64,000 bases of DNA from Acidobacteriota bacterium (GCA_022821775.1 JAJECY010000107.1:861-64860), one strand, 5' to 3'. Positions 27,814 through 38,046 are shown, counted from the stretch's first letter. Notes: generated by a model from the letters alone, not told the origin. Program-made: numbers and translations.

Positions 27814-30360
27814 ATGACCCTTTCGTTTCGCCCTTTGCTGGTTTCCTGTTTTGTGCTGGCCCTGGCGCTTCCCGCCGCCGGCGAGTCGGCTGCCGTCCCG
27901 TCCGAGTCGGAGGACCGCTTTCAGCGCGAAATCCGGCCCATCCTGAGCCGCAACTGCCTGGCCTGTCACGGCGCGGAAACCCGCCAAAGTGGACTGGCTC
28001 TGGAGAACCTAGCCGATATTCTCGAGGGAGGCGCCCTTTCCGGTCCCGCCGTGCTGGCTGGAAAGAGCAGCGCCAGTCCCCTCATCCAGTACCTCACGGG
28101 GGAAAAGCAGCCCCGGATGCCTCTGACCGGCAGTCCGCTGCCGGAAGCCGACATCGCCGCCATTTCCCGATGGATTGACGAGCTGCCGGCGGATGCCGGC
28201 GTCGGGGCCGAGGAGCCGTCGCTTTCCTGGCCCTGGACAGCCTTGGCCGAGCCTCGGCTGCCCGAGGTGCAAGACCGATCCTGGGTCAGGAACGGGGTGG
28301 ACGCCTTCATCCTGTCCAAGCTGGAAGAAAAGGAAATGGTTCCGGCGCCGCCTGCCTCCGAGCGGGCTCGCCTGCGGCGCATCTATTTCGGCCTGATCGG
28401 CCTGCCGCCCACGCCGGAGGAAGCCCAACGCTTTCTGGGGGACTCCTCCTCCGCGGCCTATGCCCGGGAGATCGAGAGCCTGCTGTCCCGTTCCGAATAC
28501 GGGGTCCGCTGGGGCCGGCACTGGCTCGACCTGGTTCGCTACGCCGACACCGGGGGAGAGTCGACCGACGATGCCCGCTCCCATCTGTGGCGATACCGGG
28601 ACTACGTGATCCGGGCTTTCAACCAGGATCGCCCCTACGATCGGTTCATCAAGGAACAGATCGCCGGCGATGCCTACCGGCACTTCGGGGACGAGGCCAA
28701 GCTGGGCACCGGGTTTCTCTACCAATGGATTCCGGTGCAGCGGGACAGGGGTCCCGAGCGGCGCCGGGATGTCCTCAATGACGTGGTGGGGACCACCGGT
28801 TCGGTCTTCCTGGGCATGACCCTGGGTTGCGCCCGCTGCCACGACCACAAGTACGACCCGATCCCCACCCGCGACTACTACCGGCTGGAGGCCTTCTTCG
28901 CCCCGCTGCTGCTCAAGGCCGCGCCCGTCCCCTTTACCGAGTTCGAATTGGCGGGCCGGCAGCCCGAGGTCTGGAAAGAGAAGGCTGCCGCCTGGGACAC
29001 CGTCCTGGAATCACGAAAGGCACTGGGAGAACGAAAGAAGGCCGAGTTCAAGGCCCGCATGAAGGCCCACCGCTCGCCGGTGATGGCCCAGGATCTCAAG
29101 GACTGGGCCCTGGAGGTCACCGACACCGATCTGAGATGGGCCATGAACGATGGAGTGCTCTTCAGCAAGGAGGAGCAGGATCTTTACCAGTTGCTGCGCA
29201 AGCAAACCACCCGCTTCGCCAACCCCAACAACCCGGGCTATTTCAAGCCCATGGCCTTCACGGCTTCCGATTCCCCCCTGCGGGACTCGGTGGGCACGTA
29301 CGTGCTGAAGGGCGGCAACTACCTCTTGAGAGGGGAAGAAGTGCAGCCGGGCTTTCTCAGCGCGGTGACGGGGCACTCCGACCCGGTGAACCTGGAGGGG
29401 CTGTCCAGCCGTCGCAAGGTGCTGGCCGAGTGGATCGCAAGTCCCGACAACCCGCTCACCGCAAGGGTGATGGTGAATCGCATCTGGCAGTACCACTTCG
29501 GCACGGGGCTGGTGCCCCAACCCAGCGACCTGGGGAAGAACGGAGGCGGGACCCGCCATCCCGAGCTCATCGACTGGCTGGCCTGGAAATTCATTCGGAG
29601 CGGGTGGAGCGTCAAGGCGATCCACCGCCTGATTCTGCAGTCGAACACCTACCAGCAGGCCCTGCGCCATCCCCGGTGGGAGGCCTACGAGGAGATCGAC
29701 AGCGCCAACCGCTACCTGTGGAAGCGCAGCCCCATTCGCCTGGAGGCCGAGGTCATTCGCGACAGCCTGCTGGCGGTCAGCGGCGAGCTGAATCCCTTGC
29801 AGGGAGGCCCGCCCTTCTTTCCCCGGATCGACCAGGAGGTCATGGATCGGGCCGGCACCTGGTGGGAGGCTTCACCGGTCGAGGACCGGAACCGGCGGAC
29901 CGCCTACATGCTGCAGTGCCGCTCCCTGCAGTCGCCCATGATCAGCGCCTTCGATGGACCCAATATACAGGAGACCTGTCCCGTGCGGGGAGTGACCACG
30001 GTGACTCCCCAGGTGTTTGCCCTCTTCAACAGCGACTTCTCCCATCAACAGAGCCGGGCCATGGCCCGGCGCATCGTCAGAGAGGTGGGGGCCGATCCGG
30101 AGCGGCAGATCGAGCGGGCCTTCCAACTGGCCCTGCAGCGGCCGCCCTCCCCCTCGGAAAAGCAGAAATGCCTGTCTTTCCTGGGAGGAAGCCGGGACCT
30201 GCCCGGCGAGAGCCGCGAGTTGACCCTGAAGGCCATCTCCTTTTCGGGTGGCGCCGGGGTGGCGCCGCAGGCGGCGACTCGGCAAGGATCCCGGAAGTAC
30301 TCGCTGGCCGGCCTCTGCCTGGTGCTGCTCAACATGAACGAGTTCGTGTTCCTGGAATAG
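27814..30360 (+). CDS. PSCyt-DUF1549-DUF1553 protein (planctomycete-type cytochrome c domain fused to DUF1549/DUF1553)
   Basis: Signal peptide. Heme-binding CLACH near the N-terminus. Characteristic DUF1549 and DUF1553 regions. The ORF-track start at 27796 is a TTG; ATG at 27814 is preferred. Confidence 0.85.
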   Translation: MTLSFRPLLVSCFVLALALPAAGESAAVPSESEDRFQREIRPILSRNCLACHGAETRQSGLALENLADILEGGALSGPAVLAGKSSASPLIQYLTGEKQPRMPLTGSPLPEADIAAISRWIDELPADAGVGAEEPSLSWPWTALAEPRLPEVQDRSWVRNGVDAFILSKLEEKEMVPAPPASERARLRRIYFGLIGLPPTPEEAQRFLGDSSSAAYAREIESLLSRSEYGVRWGRHWLDLVRYADTGGESTDDARSHLWRYRDYVIRAFNQDRPYDRFIKEQIAGDAYRHFGDEAKLGTGFLYQWIPVQRDRGPERRRDVLNDVVGTTGSVFLGMTLGCARCHDHKYDPIPTRDYYRLEAFFAPLLLKAAPVPFTEFELAGRQPEVWKEKAAAWDTVLESRKALGERKKAEFKARMKAHRSPVMAQDLKDWALEVTDTDLRWAMNDGVLFSKEEQDLYQLLRKQTTRFANPNNPGYFKPMAFTASDSPLRDSVGTYVLKGGNYLLRGEEVQPGFLSAVTGHSDPVNLEGLSSRRKVLAEWIASPDNPLTARVMVNRIWQYHFGTGLVPQPSDLGKNGGGTRHPELIDWLAWKFIRSGWSVKAIHRLILQSNTYQQALRHPRWEAYEEIDSANRYLWKRSPIRLEAEVIRDSLLAVSGELNPLQGGPPFFPRIDQEVMDRAGTWWEASPVEDRNRRTAYMLQCRSLQSPMISAFDGPNIQETCPVRGVTTVTPQVFALFNSDFSHQQSRAMARRIVREVGADPERQIERAFQLALQRPPSPSEKQKCLSFLGGSRDLPGESRELTLKAISFSGGAGVAPQAATRQGSRKYSLAGLCLVLLNMNEFVFLE

Positions 30361-30395
30361 GGCCAAGGACAGCCGTATCCAACAAGGAGTCCCCC

Positions 30396-31853
30396 ATGCC
30401 AAAACCTGAATTCAGCTTCTGCGGGCAGGTCGAGCCCGGCCCCGACCCTCGCCTGGGCGGATTGGGGCGCAGGGACTTCCTGTTCCGGTTCGGCCGCGGG
30501 CTCGGAAGCCTGGCCCTGTCCTCGCTGCTCTTCCAGGACACGCTTCGCGGCTCCCGCCCCCGGCTGGAGGATCCCCTTCTGCCCAAGGCTCCCCATTTTG
30601 AGAGCAAGGCCAAGTCCTGCATTTTCCTCTTCATGGAAGGCGCTCCCAGCCAGATGGACACCTTCGATCCCAAGCCCGCACTGGACAAGCACCACGGGAC
30701 CCCGGTCACCCGGATCTATGGCAGCATGGAAAAACGGATCTACGTGGGCAGCCCATTCAAGTTCGCCAGGCACGGGCAGTGCGGCATGGAGGTTTCGGAG
30801 ATCTTTCCCCACCTGTCGACCTGCGTGGACGACATCGCGGTGGTCCGGTCGCTGCACACCGATTCCCACAACCATCCGGCCGGGTGCTTTCTGATGAACA
30901 CCGGGGTCTCCATTCCGGGAAGTCCATCGGTGGGCTCCTGGCTGATCTACGGCCTGGGCAGCGAGAACCAGAACCTGCCTTCCTTCGTGGTGTTGCCGGA
31001 CCGGCGGCGCGGCATATCGGGAGGGGCGGTCAACTACTCCAACGCCTATCTGCCGGCGGCCTGTCACGGCACCATGCTCAACCCCGACGGCGTCCCCATC
31101 GTGGATCTGCAGCCGCCCGCGGGGACGGGGCGGGAGGAACAGGAGGCCAGCGTCAAGCTTCTGAATGAGCTGAACGAGCCCTACCTGGAGTCGGACCCCT
31201 CCAACAGCGGACTGCTGACCCGCATGAAGAATTACGAGCTGGCCTTCCGCATGCAGTTCGCCGTCCCGGGGGCCCTGGATATCGACAGCGAGTCGGAGAA
31301 GACCAAGGAGCTCTACGGGCTCAACGACAGGATCACCGAGCCCATGGCGCGCAAGTGCCTGATGGCCCGGCGCCTGGTGGAGCGCGGGGTGCGCTACGTG
31401 CAGGTCTACTGCAGCGGCTGGGACTCCCACGAGAATATTGCCGCCGAGCATCGCAGACGCGGCTATGAGACCGACCGGCCGGTGGCCGCCCTCCTCAAGG
31501 ACCTGAAGCAGCGGGGCCTGCTGGACCAGACCCTGCTGGTGTGGGGTGGCGAGTTCGGGCGCACGGCCGACAACTCCATGTCCTTCTTCCGTTCCAACCC
31601 CGGCCGTGACCACAACAAGGAAGCCATGGTGATGTGGTTCGCCGGCGGGGGGATCAAGGGAGGCACGGTGGTCGGCAATACCGACGAACTGGGCATCAAG
31701 GCCGCCGAGAACGTCTACCACCTGCACGACCTGCACGCCACCATCCTTCGCCTGATGGGTCTGGACGACATGCGCCTGACCTACTACCACGCGGGCCGCC
31801 TCAAGCGGCTCACCGACCTGGGCGGCCGGCCCATCAAGGAAGTCCTCGCCTGA
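30396..31853 (+). CDS. DUF1501-family protein (sulfatase-like fold, Tat signal)
   Basis: AAGGAG 7 nt upstream. Twin-arginine signal RRDFLFRFGRGLGSLA. Invariably partnered with the DUF1549/DUF1553 gene. Confidence 0.85.
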   Translation: MPKPEFSFCGQVEPGPDPRLGGLGRRDFLFRFGRGLGSLALSSLLFQDTLRGSRPRLEDPLLPKAPHFESKAKSCIFLFMEGAPSQMDTFDPKPALDKHHGTPVTRIYGSMEKRIYVGSPFKFARHGQCGMEVSEIFPHLSTCVDDIAVVRSLHTDSHNHPAGCFLMNTGVSIPGSPSVGSWLIYGLGSENQNLPSFVVLPDRRRGISGGAVNYSNAYLPAACHGTMLNPDGVPIVDLQPPAGTGREEQEASVKLLNELNEPYLESDPSNSGLLTRMKNYELAFRMQFAVPGALDIDSESEKTKELYGLNDRITEPMARKCLMARRLVERGVRYVQVYCSGWDSHENIAAEHRRRGYETDRPVAALLKDLKQRGLLDQTLLVWGGEFGRTADNSMSFFRSNPGRDHNKEAMVMWFAGGGIKGGTVVGNTDELGIKAAENVYHLHDLHATILRLMGLDDMRLTYYHAGRLKRLTDLGGRPIKEVLA

Positions 31854-31950
31854 CCCGGCGGCCGGACGGCAATCGTCTTTCCCGCCTGTGCCCGAATCAC
31901 CACGAGAGGCACAAAAGCTGGAATCGGCAAGTTTCAAATCTCATTCAGAG

Positions 31951-32535
31951 ATGATGACCATTGCCCGTTGGCTGTTCAATCCCTTCATTCGCATCGCCGG
32001 ACTCCGTTCCCTGGTTATCGGGCTTGCCGGGATTGTCGCTGCGGGAGTGGTGGCCGCCGGCGCCGGCATGCACTTCGATGGGTTGCTCGACGTGCATGCC
32101 GGCAACGAGGTTGCGCTGTGGGTGCCGGTGGTGGAAGGGCTGGTGAACTGGGCCGTTTTCACTCTGCTGTTGCTGCTGGTCGCTCTGCTCTTCAGCAAGA
32201 GCGCGGTTCGGCTGGTCGACATTGCAGGCACACAGGCCCTGGCCCGGATGCCCCTGCTCCCGGTGGCCGCGATCTGCAACCTTCCCTTGATCCAGGACGC
32301 TTTCGACGGGCTGGCCGCGGCCCTCCTGGGAGGTGAGCTCGACGGCGACGCCTTTTCCGGACTTGTCGCCGCGATCCTGGTGACGTTGACCGGGTTGGTC
32401 TGGATGGTCACCCTGATGTGGAAGGCGTTCTCGTTCTCCTGCGACATGAGGGGCGGCCGGGCCATCGCCCTTTTCATCCTGGCCGTGCTGCTCGGGGAAG
32501 CGGCCACCCTCTATCTGACAAGGAATGTCCTGTAG
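31951..32535 (+). CDS. hypothetical membrane protein (4-5 TM)
   Basis: ATG (MMTIARW...) 98 nt after the DUF1501 stop. Hydrophobic segments. No recognised family. Confidence 0.5.
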   Translation: MMTIARWLFNPFIRIAGLRSLVIGLAGIVAAGVVAAGAGMHFDGLLDVHAGNEVALWVPVVEGLVNWAVFTLLLLLVALLFSKSAVRLVDIAGTQALARMPLLPVAAICNLPLIQDAFDGLAAALLGGELDGDAFSGLVAAILVTLTGLVWMVTLMWKAFSFSCDMRGGRAIALFILAVLLGEAATLYLTRNVL

Positions 32536-32652
32536 CTCGGGCTGCAAACGACTCACCCCGCCTGCAAGCCCGAGGGACGCCATCCCCCAAGGCTTTCTCG
32601 GCCTCTCTTGCGACGGTCACAGAGCCCAAGTCGAGCTCCCGGCGACTGCCGG

Positions 32653-33906
32653 CTAGAAATTGTAGACAAAGCTGAACGAAAAGAAGCTGTCGCGACGCGT
32701 CTGGTGGAGGATGTCGGATTCGTCCACGCGGGGAAAGGCGATCGATTCCACGCTGAGCGACCACCGATCCGTAATGCGCCGGTTGAATTCCAGGCTCACG
32801 ACCTGCGAGGAGCGGGTCGCGTCGAACATGATGCCGGCCAGCAACTCCGTCCCCTGGACGTCGTTGGGCGCCCACCGCGTGGCCACGAAGACGTCGTTGT
32901 CGAAGAAATTGGTTGCGTTGCCCGCCCGCCCGTCGTAGTTCCACTCGCCCAGAAGACTGATGTCGTGGTCCGATCCTCCCACCGTGTAGAAGGTGTATTC
33001 AAACCCGGAGACCATCGCTCCGTAGTTCTGCTTCACCCCCCGAAGGTTGCGCGCGCCTGAACGCTGAATGGTTTCGAGCTTGAGCAGCCAGGCGCCGAGC
33101 GTGAGCTGCGCGTCCAGGCCCAACTGGCGGATCTGCTCGTAGTAGGGCCGCAGAACCGGAACGCCCCGTGAGCTCAGCTCCGGTTGGAGAAAGGGTTCGC
33201 GGCTGGTGCCGTCAAAGAGGCTGGCGCCGATGTCCAGGGGGCCGAAACTGTGGCTGTAGCGGGCTGCGACATCGAAGTGCCACTGCTTGGCGCGGCTCTC
33301 GTAGAGAGGGTTGTCCTTGTCGACGTTCAGCAAGTAGCGCAGGCGGCCGCCGGGTCCCGGAAACGTGCGGGCGCGGTGGTAGGGCATGCCGAAAACCTCG
33401 ACCACGCCCCAATCTGCGGACCAGGTGAGATGGGCCATGGGCTGGCCCAGCTTTTCCTCTTCGTCGGGGTGTTCGATCAGATCGGTCTGGTTGACGATGT
33501 CGACCAGGTGGCGCGATTCCGCCACCCCCCAGAACACCCGGTCGACACCGAGGCGCAACTCCCATTCACCGCTGTCCCTCTGGCCGAACAACAGCAGATA
33601 GGCCTCGCGCAGGTCGAAATGGGTCCGGCGAGGGTCGGCGCTGTCGTAGCGGAAAAAGGGGGTCAGGGTAAGGCTGCGGCCGCGGGTGTCTTCCAGGTAG
33701 AATTCCGGCTCCGCCACCACCCCGCTGGCGTGCCAGCTCTGCTCCGGAAAGGCCCCGGACCAGGGATGCCAGCGGCTCTCCAGACGGACGTTTCCGGAAA
33801 AATCGAAGTCAATGGGCGGAGCCGAAAACCCTGGAGCCACCCCGAACAAGGCCACCCAAATCGAAACGAGAACGATGTGGATAGGGAGCCTGCGCCACCT
33901 CGTCAA
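32653..33906 (-). CDS. predicted outer-membrane beta-barrel protein (porin-like; C-terminal ...FVYNF)
   Basis: TTG start overlaps the upstream stop as TTGA. Signal peptide-like N-terminus. Alternating amphipathic beta-strand pattern, aromatic girdle and C-terminal Phe. Last gene of a three-gene operon. Confidence 0.6.
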   Translation of the reverse strand: MTRWRRLPIHIVLVSIWVALFGVAPGFSAPPIDFDFSGNVRLESRWHPWSGAFPEQSWHASGVVAEPEFYLEDTRGRSLTLTPFFRYDSADPRRTHFDLREAYLLLFGQRDSGEWELRLGVDRVFWGVAESRHLVDIVNQTDLIEHPDEEEKLGQPMAHLTWSADWGVVEVFGMPYHRARTFPGPGGRLRYLLNVDKDNPLYESRAKQWHFDVAARYSHSFGPLDIGASLFDGTSREPFLQPELSSRGVPVLRPYYEQIRQLGLDAQLTLGAWLLKLETIQRSGARNLRGVKQNYGAMVSGFEYTFYTVGGSDHDISLLGEWNYDGRAGNATNFFDNDVFVATRWAPNDVQGTELLAGIMFDATRSSQVVSLEFNRRITDRWSLSVESIAFPRVDESDILHQTRRDSFFSFSFVYNF

Positions 33907-34727
33907 CGGATTCGTCTCAGCCCTGTTCGTGTGAAGTCGTTCTCGTTCAGATTGTTCCGGAATTGAAAATCCGTCCACGTCAGAGTCGTGCTCTTGCCGG
34001 TGATGTGATTGACCATGGTCATCTTGCCGGCATACCAGTAGCGCTCCAGATACCGGCGGTAGTCCGCAACCGAAAGCGTCTTCAGGTGGGCGTTCTTGCG
34101 ATCGTAGTAGTCCACCTTCCAGACGCGCAACTCGTCCCGGTCCTGCCAGACCACCTGGCGGCTGTAGCCGGAGCGCGGGTTCGCCGGGATGCGTTCCGAG
34201 ACGGTGCAGGTCAGATCCCCGCACGGCTCCTCCCTCAGGTAACGATAGGTAAACTTCTCCACCTCCGGGGTGCCCATGTCTTCGTAGGCGAACTCACTGC
34301 CCATGAAGGAGCCGGACTGGTTCGACGAGCTGATTCGCTTGACCCGTCGCAGCGCCGGCAGATAGAGCCACTGTTCGTCATCTTTCTCCCTGTGGGAGTG
34401 GATCAGCAAAGCCGTTCCCTTCACGTCGCGCGGCTCGTCGAACACGAACAGGTTCTTGTCTCCCTCTCCCGGCACCTCCAGAACCTGCAAACGCAACTGC
34501 CGCCGGCTCTCCTGTCCGCCCCGGTTGCGCAGCACCATGGTCTGACGCGCGCTGAAATCACCGAAGCCGTCGCCGCGCGCGCGCGCGTCCACGGCGATCT
34601 TAAGGCCTCGGGCCTCCGGGTCCGCCTCCTGGCTCAAAGCCGGAGTCCGAGCGGACAAAAACGCCCAAACGGCCAGACAACTCATGCAATACAGGTACGG
34701 CCGAAGGTGGGAATAGGGATGTTTCAT
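33903..34727 (-). CDS. LolA-like periplasmic protein (outer-membrane lipoprotein-sorting protein family)
   Basis: ATG overlaps the MMPL stop as ATGA. Signal peptide MKHPYSHLRPYLYCMSCLAVWAFLSA. Conserved WLYLPALRRVKRIS...FMGSEFAYEDM block typical of the LolA-like family found next to MMPL exporters. Confidence 0.65.
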   Translation of the reverse strand: MKHPYSHLRPYLYCMSCLAVWAFLSARTPALSQEADPEARGLKIAVDARARGDGFGDFSARQTMVLRNRGGQESRRQLRLQVLEVPGEGDKNLFVFDEPRDVKGTALLIHSHREKDDEQWLYLPALRRVKRISSSNQSGSFMGSEFAYEDMGTPEVEKFTYRYLREEPCGDLTCTVSERIPANPRSGYSRQVVWQDRDELRVWKVDYYDRKNAHLKTLSVADYRRYLERYWYAGKMTMVNHITGKSTTLTWTDFQFRNNLNENDFTRTGLRRIR

Positions 34728-37006
34728 GATTTGTCTCGATCGATGGCCATCAGCAGGGGTGGGAGCAGCAGAAAATCGGCCAGAAGCGCAAAGCCCAGCG
34801 TGATGGCGACCAGCAGGCCCAGCACGGAGCTGACTTGAAATCCGGATGAAGCGAACACCAGAAAGCTGGCCGACAACACCGCGGTCGTGGTCCACAAGGC
34901 ATGACCGACGGTCCGGAAGGTGGAGCGCACGGACTCGGACGGGGAGGCTCCCCCGCGTCGGGCTTCCAGGTACTTGCTCATGAAATGAATGGTATCGTCC
35001 ACCACGATGCCGAAGGCCACGGCGCAGACGACCGAGGCGGAGAGACCTACCTGACCGACCAGGTAGCCCCACAAGCCGAAGCTCATGGCGGCCGGAATGA
35101 AGTTGGGGAACAGGCTGACCAGGCCGAAGCGCAGGCTCTTGAACGTCACGACCAGGATCAACGAAATCAGGGCCATGGCCGCGATGGTGCTGCGCAGCAT
35201 GCTCTCGATGTTTCTCTGAGCCAAGTGGGCGAATACCATGGTGACGCCCGATGCTTCTCCGGTCAACCCGGGTGCGTTGGTCCGTACCCACTCCTGTGCG
35301 CGCTTGTCCAGCTCGCGCAGACCCCGGGCGGACGCGTTGGCCACAACGGTCATTCGGGTGGCGGACTTGGCGACGTCGATGCGGTCGTTCAAGTCATTGC
35401 CGAGCGGCAGCGACAGCTCGTACAGCAGCAGATTCTGGGCCGCCAGCGCCGGGTCCTCCGGAATCCGATAGTAGGCGGGGGCGTCGCCGTGCATGTTCTT
35501 GTTCAGGCGTTTCATGACGTCGGGAAACGACTGAACGAAGTTCACTTCCGGCTGCTCCCGGTACCATTTGGCAAAAGCATCGGCAGTGCGCAGGTAGGCC
35601 GGATCGGTGATACCGCCTTCGTGCCCCGAATCCAGCGAGTACTCGAGCGTATCCAGTCCGGTCAGGTTCTCGATGACGAAGTCGGTATCGTTGCGGAAAC
35701 TGTAACGCTGATCGAAATAGCGTGTCCAGTTGTCGCTCAACTCGACCCGCGGAACACCGGCGATCAGCACCACTGTCACCATGGAGACCACCACCAGCAG
35801 AACCTTGCGCCGTTCCACCACCAATGCGCCCAAGCGGTCGAAGAAGCCGGGACGGTTGGATGGAGTCGGTAGCGGGTGCAGCGGAAGAATCGATAGCACG
35901 GCCGGCAGAAACGTCATCGAGTAGACGAAAATGCACACCAGGCCAAAGGCCACCATATTGCCCAAGACATGGAAGGGAGGCGAATCCGAGGCATTCAGGC
36001 TCAGAAATCCGATGGTGGTCGTCAGCGCGGCCAGAAAGACCGGGTAGGCATTGATCCGAAGCGACTTGCGTATTGCGTCGTCACGGTTCTGTCCCGACCG
36101 GAGGCCCGCCAGAGTGCTGGTGACGATGTGGACCGCGTGGGCGACGGCGATGGCCATGACGATGATCGGCACGCCGGCGCTGGCGGGGCTGAAGACCTGG
36201 CCGGTCCAGCCGGCGAAACCCATGGTGCCGACGATGACGAGCACCACCATGCTCACGATGGCCAGCGTCGCCAAAACCGACTTCAACAGCAAAGCCGAGC
36301 TCACGATGATGATCAGGAACACGATCGGCACCAGGGATTGCAAGTCGTTTGCGGTCGTCTCGGCGAGCACTCGATTCATGACCACGTCGCCGGTCAGGTA
36401 ATAGGAGATATCGGGATGGCGTTCCCGGGCCGCGGTGAGGAGGGCGTTGATGTGATCGGTGATTTCGATCACCGCCAGGTCCGAATTCTCCGGCAGCAGG
36501 AAGTTGATGGTCAGCCCGCCCACGCGTCCGTCGGTAGAGACCAGGCGTCCGGCGACGCCGACCTCCTCCAGCGCGATCGACTCGACGCGCGCCAGGTCGG
36601 CATCGCTCAATGAGCCGGCGTCCTCGACGAGCGGTCCGACCGCCAGGTCGTCCTCGCCGAATGCCTCGCTGTGGGTATAGTTGGTCAGCGAATCCACCCG
36701 GGTGGAATGGGGCGTGCGCCACCCGGCTTCGGTCAATTCCTCGATGGCGCCCAAAACCTCGCGTGTGAACACCGAGCCGTCCCGAGGCGCCACGGCGATC
36801 AGGGCCGTGTTGGTAGAGGCGTAGGTGTTTCCCAACGCATCGAAGGCCGCCAGTTGCGGGTTGTCCTCGCTGAACAGGATGCGGTAGTCGTTGGTGACGG
36901 TGATGTTGGGGGCGCCGGAGGCAAGGACCAGAATGGCGGCCAAAGCCACTCCGACGACCAGCCACCGGCGGCGGAGAATGACGTTGATGTATCGATCCAA
37001 TCGCAT
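34724..37006 (-). CDS. RND-superfamily exporter, MMPL family (two sterol-sensing-like 6-TM bundles)
   Basis: About 760 aa with two large periplasmic loops and 12 TM segments. MMPL-type motifs (GDVV..., GIVVDDTIHF). Start at M24 of the track ORF. Confidence 0.85.
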   Translation of the reverse strand: MRLDRYINVILRRRWLVVGVALAAILVLASGAPNITVTNDYRILFSEDNPQLAAFDALGNTYASTNTALIAVAPRDGSVFTREVLGAIEELTEAGWRTPHSTRVDSLTNYTHSEAFGEDDLAVGPLVEDAGSLSDADLARVESIALEEVGVAGRLVSTDGRVGGLTINFLLPENSDLAVIEITDHINALLTAARERHPDISYYLTGDVVMNRVLAETTANDLQSLVPIVFLIIIVSSALLLKSVLATLAIVSMVVLVIVGTMGFAGWTGQVFSPASAGVPIIVMAIAVAHAVHIVTSTLAGLRSGQNRDDAIRKSLRINAYPVFLAALTTTIGFLSLNASDSPPFHVLGNMVAFGLVCIFVYSMTFLPAVLSILPLHPLPTPSNRPGFFDRLGALVVERRKVLLVVVSMVTVVLIAGVPRVELSDNWTRYFDQRYSFRNDTDFVIENLTGLDTLEYSLDSGHEGGITDPAYLRTADAFAKWYREQPEVNFVQSFPDVMKRLNKNMHGDAPAYYRIPEDPALAAQNLLLYELSLPLGNDLNDRIDVAKSATRMTVVANASARGLRELDKRAQEWVRTNAPGLTGEASGVTMVFAHLAQRNIESMLRSTIAAMALISLILVVTFKSLRFGLVSLFPNFIPAAMSFGLWGYLVGQVGLSASVVCAVAFGIVVDDTIHFMSKYLEARRGGASPSESVRSTFRTVGHALWTTTAVLSASFLVFASSGFQVSSVLGLLVAITLGFALLADFLLLPPLLMAIDRDKS

Positions 37007-37235
37007 GACGGCAACCTGAATCGGATCCTTGCGAGTGATTCTCAACCTGTCCGTCTGCAAGCTGGACAGAGTCACAACCTGCCCATCTTATACCGACGAC
37101 CGATTAAATGGACTACCGAAACGGAGAGAATCGCAAATTTTTGGGCGTGGGCGTGATCGGGTGGGCCGTTCAATCGGTCTCAGGATCCTCACGGGGCGTC
37201 CGAAGCGGTTCCCGGGGACCTGTGAGTCCTTTGGC

Positions 37236-37997
37236 CTAGCGCAGCATGTCCCTGAGCAGGGGGGTCTGCCGTTTGCTCACGGTGTACTCCAGGCCGTTGG
37301 TCAGGGTCAAGAGCCAGCGTTGGCTGCTGAGAGGACTTATCCTGCGGACCTTGTCGAGGTTGACCAGAACGCCCCGGTGGATTCGCTGAAACTGGGTGTC
37401 GTTGAAGCGCTCGTCGATGGCCTGGAGGGTCTGAGTGGCCATGTAGCTCTTGTCGCGGGTCCGGATCCAGACGATTTCCCGGTCGGCCTGGAAGGCATAG
37501 ACCTCATCCGGATCCAGCAGATGGTAGTCCTCACCCTTCCTGGCCACGATCTTCACCAGCCCGCGCTTTTCCCCGGCCGTGGCCGCCCCCAGCGTTTGAG
37601 CTACCCGCTCCACGGCTTCCTGCCGGTTGCCCAGGGTCGCCTGGGCCCGCTCAACGGCCGTCTGCAGCCGATCCGGGCTGAACGGTTTCAGCAGATAGTC
37701 GACCGCGCCGACCTCGAAGGCGTTGAGGGCATGCTCACTGTAGGCGGTCACAAAGATGATGGAAGGCAGCGGTCCCCGGAGTTGCCGCAGCACCTGGAAG
37801 CCGTCCATCAAGGGCATCTGGATGTCCAGCAGAACCAGGTCCGGCCGGAGCTTTTCGATTTGCTGGAGCGCCTGCTGGCCGTTATCGGCTTCGCCGACGA
37901 CCGAGATGTCATCCATCTCGGCAAGATCCTCCAGCAGCACCCGCCGGGAAACGGGTTCGTCGTCCACCACCAGCGTTCGAAGGGGTTCCCTGGACAT
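37236..37997 (-). CDS. LytTR-family response regulator (receiver + LytTR DNA-binding domain)
   Basis: Receiver (LVVDDEP..., LDIQMP) plus C-terminal LytTR domain (VYAFQADREIVWIRTRDKSYMATQTLQAIDERF...FQRIHRGVLVNLDKV). Coordinates may be off by 1 nt. Confidence 0.8.
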   Translation of the reverse strand: MSREPLRTLVVDDEPVSRRVLLEDLAEMDDISVVGEADNGQQALQQIEKLRPDLVLLDIQMPLMDGFQVLRQLRGPLPSIIFVTAYSEHALNAFEVGAVDYLLKPFSPDRLQTAVERAQATLGNRQEAVERVAQTLGAATAGEKRGLVKIVARKGEDYHLLDPDEVYAFQADREIVWIRTRDKSYMATQTLQAIDERFNDTQFQRIHRGVLVNLDKVRRISPLSSQRWLLTLTNGLEYTVSKRQTPLLRDMLR

Positions 37998-38046
37998 GAT
38001 TGCCTGGTCATATAAGCCGATTCGGCGTTCAAGGCCGAAGGGGATT

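Noticed and set aside
28827-31853. 1008-aa plus-strand ORF spanning the end of the cytochrome/DUF1549/DUF1553 gene and all of the DUF1501 gene
   Set aside because: It lies in a different frame from two ORFs with clear family signatures (CLACH heme motif; twin-arginine signal plus DUF1501). Its Arg/Gly/Pro/Ala-rich composition is typical of off-frame translation of high-GC DNA. The real DUF1501 start (ATG 30396 with AAGGAG) lies inside it.
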